This document shows positions 58,036-64,000 of a stretch of DNA of 64,000 nucleotides, one piece after another. Origin of the DNA: the human T2T-CHM13v2.0 reference genome, Homo sapiens; the NCBI RefSeq assembly GCF_009914755.1, contig NC_060925.1; one strand, written 5' to 3'. The notes below the pieces were generated by a model that did no database searches, had not been told where the DNA came from, and was given only the letters and a program-made list of their open reading frames with translations. The translations under genes and the position numbers were made by a program. The number at the start of each line of letters is the position of its first letter. Within the stretch, counting starts at the first letter, position 1.

Positions 58036-58979
58036 TAGCCATAATAGTATAAAAACTGAAAGACCCTAAGACACATATACATTAAGCTTGGCAACGGAAA
58101 GCAGGATGTCACACACACACAAAGCTAGTAATGTGAAAATCTGGTCTTGCATAAGGTCTTTTAGGTACAGACTTCTTTGTTAATGCACATTGGCAGGAAA
58201 ATGGGAACAAATAAAATTGCTTGCTGTCCTTCTCTCTTTATTCTCCACTTCTTGTTTTTTCTAAATGTGGGGTCAAAACTTCCATGAGGGTAAGAAGTTC
58301 AGTTTTCTGCCTTTCCCCTTCATCTCCCTATCACACATGTATACTACTCAACACTTAGAGAAGATTAAAAAAAGAATAAATTGTGGAGAGGGAGCATATG
58401 TGAAAGTAAAAGATTCCCAGACATAATATGGGAGTTAATGGAGAAAGAAAATCTCTAAGGAAGACTAGAAATAATTGGGTTAGGGATTCTCGAGAAGTAA
58501 ATTAAATTCCCCAAATGTGGTATTCTCTGAGAAGATAATTTTGAAGAAGCAATGGCGTGATATCCAGTGAAACAGCAGTCCTCTGGAGCCTGGCTGTGAC
58601 TTCAAGGCCCAGTTCTTCTGGAAGGGCAGAAAAATACTTCGAAGAGGAGAAATGAGCATTTATATAGGTTTATAAGTACCATCTTTATTTTAGAAAATAA
58701 TCATTTTCTACCTTGAATTCTAGTTTATTGTGACCAAAGATTGTAAAATTTCAGGATATGGCTGAATTAAAATCTTGGTCCTGCACTTAAGTAGCTCCTT
58801 GAATTGCAATTTCTTATCCCAATTATTTTATCCTTTCATTCCACTGTGAAATCTATATCATGGCACTTAATAGTCAACTTTATTATTTTAACAAATGCTT
58901 ATTTACCTTTCATGGGTTATTTCATTTAGCCTTCATAATATCTGTTGTCATTGCCTCACACTCAGTCGGTGGCTTTTAA

Positions 58980-59350
<371 letters not shown>

Positions 59351-60747
59351 TTGGTGCTATTTTTAAGGATATGTATATCTGATTTTTTTTCTGTTTCTCT
59401 TATTCTTTAATTCTGTTAATTCTTTATTCAGGTATTTTACTTTTCTTAGCTCAACTTTGGTAATTTGTATGGAAAAGTCAACATTTTGTCTACATTCGCA
59501 AATATATATCAAAAATACACATCATTTTAATATCTTCTATATCTAGTATTACTTATGTGCTTTTTCAATAGTAAGTTTACGGAAGGATTAACTCTTAATT
59601 TTCTTTTCAGGGAACACGGTGTTTGGTTTTATAAATTCCATTTTGGTGGAATAGGAAGGTATGATCTGTTTCATTGACTATGCTTTCATCTTACTTTATG
59701 CCTTCTACTTTCCACAGGTTTTTGTTGTGTTCCTTTGTTAGCGTTTGAGTTAAAAACTTAATTCTCTCTCTGTTGCTCAGGCTGGAGTGCAGTGGCATGA
59801 TCTCAACTCACTGTAACCCTCCGCCTCCCAGGCTCAACGATCCTCCTGCCTCGGCCTCCCTAGCAGTTCGAACTATAGGCGTGCACCACGACATCCAGCT
59901 AATTTTTGTATCTGTTGGAGACACAGGGTCCTGCCATGTTGTCCAGGCTGGTCTCCAATTCCAGAGGCAATAATTGGGAGGCCAAGGCGATCTGCCTACC
60001 AATTATTTTCTCTTAAATGCATTTTAAAGCTACAAATTTTCTCCTGACTGCTTCATGTAGGTTTTAATATTATTTGCCATGAAATATATTTCACAGTGGA
60101 ATGACAGATAATTGGGATAAGAAATGGCAATTCAAGGAGTTATTTAAATATAGGGCTAAGATTTGAATTCTAGCTTACTGGGACCAAAGCTTGTGAAGTC
60201 TCAGGGTATGGCTGAATTATAGTGCTCTTGTTATTTCTAAAGAGTGTATAATTTTTATTCTGATATCCCCTTTAACCCATGTGCTTTTTCCTAAGAGTAC
60301 AACTTAAGGAGGGCATGTTTGATTATTTTATTGTTTTATAATCAGTTAACTATGCCCTGGTCCTATATGGTTTCAGCTTTTCAGCACTTGTTGAGACTTA
60401 ATTTGCCATCTCACTTATGGCCAATTTTTGTCAATATTCTATGTGAATTTGAAAATAATGTAACTTTCCTATTTTGAATATAAGATGGTATAGGCATAAT
60501 TATAGTTATGATTAATCTTATTAACCGTGTTCTTCAAATTCTCCATATCCTCAGTAAGTTTCAGTCAACTAGATCTGTCAATTCCTAAGAAAGGTATATT
60601 AAACTTATCACTGTGATTGTTGACTTATATGCACATATGTGTATGTATCCTTGTTAAATGCAAACAATTCATGGTCATTCCTTAATGGAGCACTACCTTT
60701 ATGAATATGATATACCCTTCTAGTGCCATATATAAATGTATTTTTAA

Positions 60748-61050
<303 letters not shown>

Positions 61051-61940
61051 ACATTTTTCTAACTTCTACAGTAATAATATCTATATCCTATTTATTTATA
61101 ACATAAATCTTACTTAGCTTGTTTTACTTCTCTTCACTCTTGCTTTCCCTACCACCCTTCTACATCACCTGGAATTTGAATTCCAGGTTTTCTTTTTAAT
61201 TTTCTAGAATCTAAATTCACTTTGTTTAGCAATATCTTTTACCAAATACATGACCACCTTTGCTTCCATTATCTCACATCTTCCCTTATGATCTTTTTAA
61301 AATTATTGCTGGAATAGAATTCTGAAAAGTCACCCACACTTAAATGATAGTTTAATTGAATTCAAAATTATTTTCCCTAGATTTTAAAAAATAATGCTTC
61401 GTGTCTTCTTATATCCAGTGGAGCCCAAATGAGTTGGATGTAAATTTGACTTCCATTTCTTCATAAGCATTTTCCCTGAATGTGTTTAGAAATTTCTCTT
61501 TGTTCCCAAATTTTGTCACTGTGAATCTAGGTGAGGGTCCTTCTCATCATGTATGCTCAGAATTTAATAGGACCTTGCAATCTAAGGATGTATGTATGCA
61601 TTTAGATCCTGTGAAATATCCTCCTTTTATTCCTTTATTTTCTCATGACTATGGTTGCATACTACACAATAGTAGGTTGTACACTACACATTGGCAAATC
61701 TTACTATTCAAATGACAGCCCCTGAAATTGTGCAGTGCACAATCAGCAAATCTTATTTGGTAGATTTGTATTTTATTTCTTACATGTTTTCAATTCTCCC
61801 CTCCTCTCTAACTCCTCATCCTGTTACATGAGTTTGGAACATCTGGATCTATTTTTCATATCATTTAACTTTTCTTTCATCTCTGCATGCATCTTTTTAT
61901 ATGGCTTTGTGGAGGAATTTCTGGCTTATCTTGATCATCA

Positions 61941-62751
61941 TGAGGACGGAGAAACTCAAACTATGTGTTTCCTGTGCTTTCACACTACAACAATCAACAC
62001 AGAAGACTGACGGCGGAGGGGGGTTCTCCATACAGCAAGCAAGCAATCAGTTCTGCAGTGGACACCAGCTGAGTGTACTCCAATTCAATTTTTACACTAT
62101 TTATCAGGAGATCCCACAGGTTGAGGACTGAGTCTACCAGACTGCCCCCACTTCAAATGCCAGTTCCAAGTCTGGGCCTCCAGAACTTCTGACCAACCAT
62201 TTCCAAGCTGGGGTTCCCATGGCTTCCTCCTTTGCATTGTATTAATTTGCTAGAGCAGTTCATGAAACTCAGAGAAACACTTGGGTTTACTGGTTTATAA
62301 CAAAAAATACAGATGAAAAGATGCATAAGGTAAAGTATGGGGGAAGGAGCATGGAGCTTCCATGCACCTCCACTGGGTGCGCCGCCCTTCAGGAACCTCT
62401 ACATGTTCAGCTATCCAGAAGCTCTCCAAGCCCTGTCCTTTTGGGTCTTTGTATGGAGGCTCCATTGCATAGGAATCACTGATTAAACCATTGGCCATTG
62501 GTGATCGGCTTAACCTTCAGCCCCTCTCCCCTCCCCGGAAGTTGGAGGTGGGCTGAAAGTCCCAACTCTCTAATCCTCCCCTTGTTCTTTCTGGTCACCA
62601 GCCCCCATCCTGAAGCTACCTAGGGGCTGCCAGACATCAGTCAACTCATTAATAAACAAAACGACATCACACTTTGGTGTTTCTAAGGATTTTAGGAGTT
62701 GTATGTCAGGAAGTGGGGTTGAAGACCAAATATATATTTCATAATAGCACA
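61941..62751 (-). mobile_element. MER21-type solo LTR
   Basis: GCAGTGGACACCAGCTGAGTGT..AATTCAATT and GAAGACCAAATATATATTTC motifs; TSD-like ATCA/ATCT. Confidence 0.75.
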
Positions 62752-62841
62752 ATCTTTCAGCTTATTTATTTTCTCTTGGCTTTATCTATCCTGTTCTGGA
62801 TTTATCCCTTGTTGAATTTTTATGTCAATAATCAAATTTTA

Positions 62842-63244
<403 letters not shown>

Positions 63245-64000
63245 TCAGTCACCAAGGTAAGGAGATGGGTGGATATTCCTACTGTGGTACCTGAACTGTC
63301 ATCCTGTCAGTTGCCCCAAGACCAACTTTTGTCTCCTGGTTCCAAAACATGTGGATCATTTTTTGGTCCACTCCTGTCTTCTGCAGAAGTCCTCCTTGGC
63401 ACTCTTCACTGTTACCCCATCTGCCATCTTTGTCAATTTTTTATCATTTCTAGGAATTTGGGGTGGAATATGAGAAGAAAGCAACATATCTTCAGGACAC
63501 AATCTTGAATCAGTAGCTATTTTTCACCTGTGCATTAGAGATGGGAAACTTGCAGAGCACTTAACAGGACTTCCCTACGATCACCAACTAGTATTTATTG
63601 AATTGTTTATTAGTAGGAAACATTAAGCAATTATCCTTCATAAAAACATTATGAAGTAAGCATTACTATAGTCCCAGTTTTAAGATGAGAAAACACAGAT
63701 TAAAAACATCCTAAAGAGCAGAGCCAAGTTACACTCCAGGTGGTCCGTCTCAGAAGCCTGAACTCTTTACTAATACACTATACGATGGCATATCCGGGTG
63801 ATTTTGGGAACACATTATACTTCTACCCTGCCAGGAGGGCCAAATGTATTTACTTTGTCATCTCTGTGCTGTAAGGGGCCACATTTCTACCCATCAACTC
63901 AATCTACATTACTCAAGCATGCTTGTAATTCATAGGTTATTTCCTCATGCCAGGAAGAACAGTCACAGTTCTGTTTCATTACGCTTCTATCTTTGAGACT

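Noticed and set aside
58507-58520. TTCCCCAAATGTGG match to U1 snRNA
   Set aside because: Only 14 nt; the flanks do not extend the match

Overview
Human genomic DNA, the FCGR1A (CD64) locus of the 1q21 segmental-duplication region. The + strand carries an intact six-exon FCGR1A CDS (44890-53659; 31+21+255+252+285+281 = 1125 nt, 374 aa) with its GAS/PU.1 promoter and poly(A) signal. Upstream lie one plausible tRNA-Asn(GTT), two tRNA pseudogenes (Glu, Gly), a CpG island, a TSD-flanked UBE2D4-type retrocopy, a full-length THE1 element, and many solo ERV1 LTRs, Alus and L1 remnants. A second CpG island with a strong CTCF motif follows the gene. Main findings: (1) a candidate fossil multi-exon gene on the - strand (~19.7-34.5 kb) whose exon remnants resemble the NACHT/winged-helix/TPR part of NPHP3/TTC41-type proteins; (2) a MER41 LTR with two perfect tandem GAS motifs 7 kb upstream of this IFN-gamma-inducible gene; (3) the UBE2D4 retrocopy preserves an exon-3-skipped, premature-stop splice form; (4) an antisense terminal exon of histone H2BC18 overlapping FCGR1A; (5) an apparently APOBEC3-edited LTR. 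Repeat subfamily names and protein comparisons come from recalled consensus sequences, not from searches. Boundaries of old repeats are approximate.
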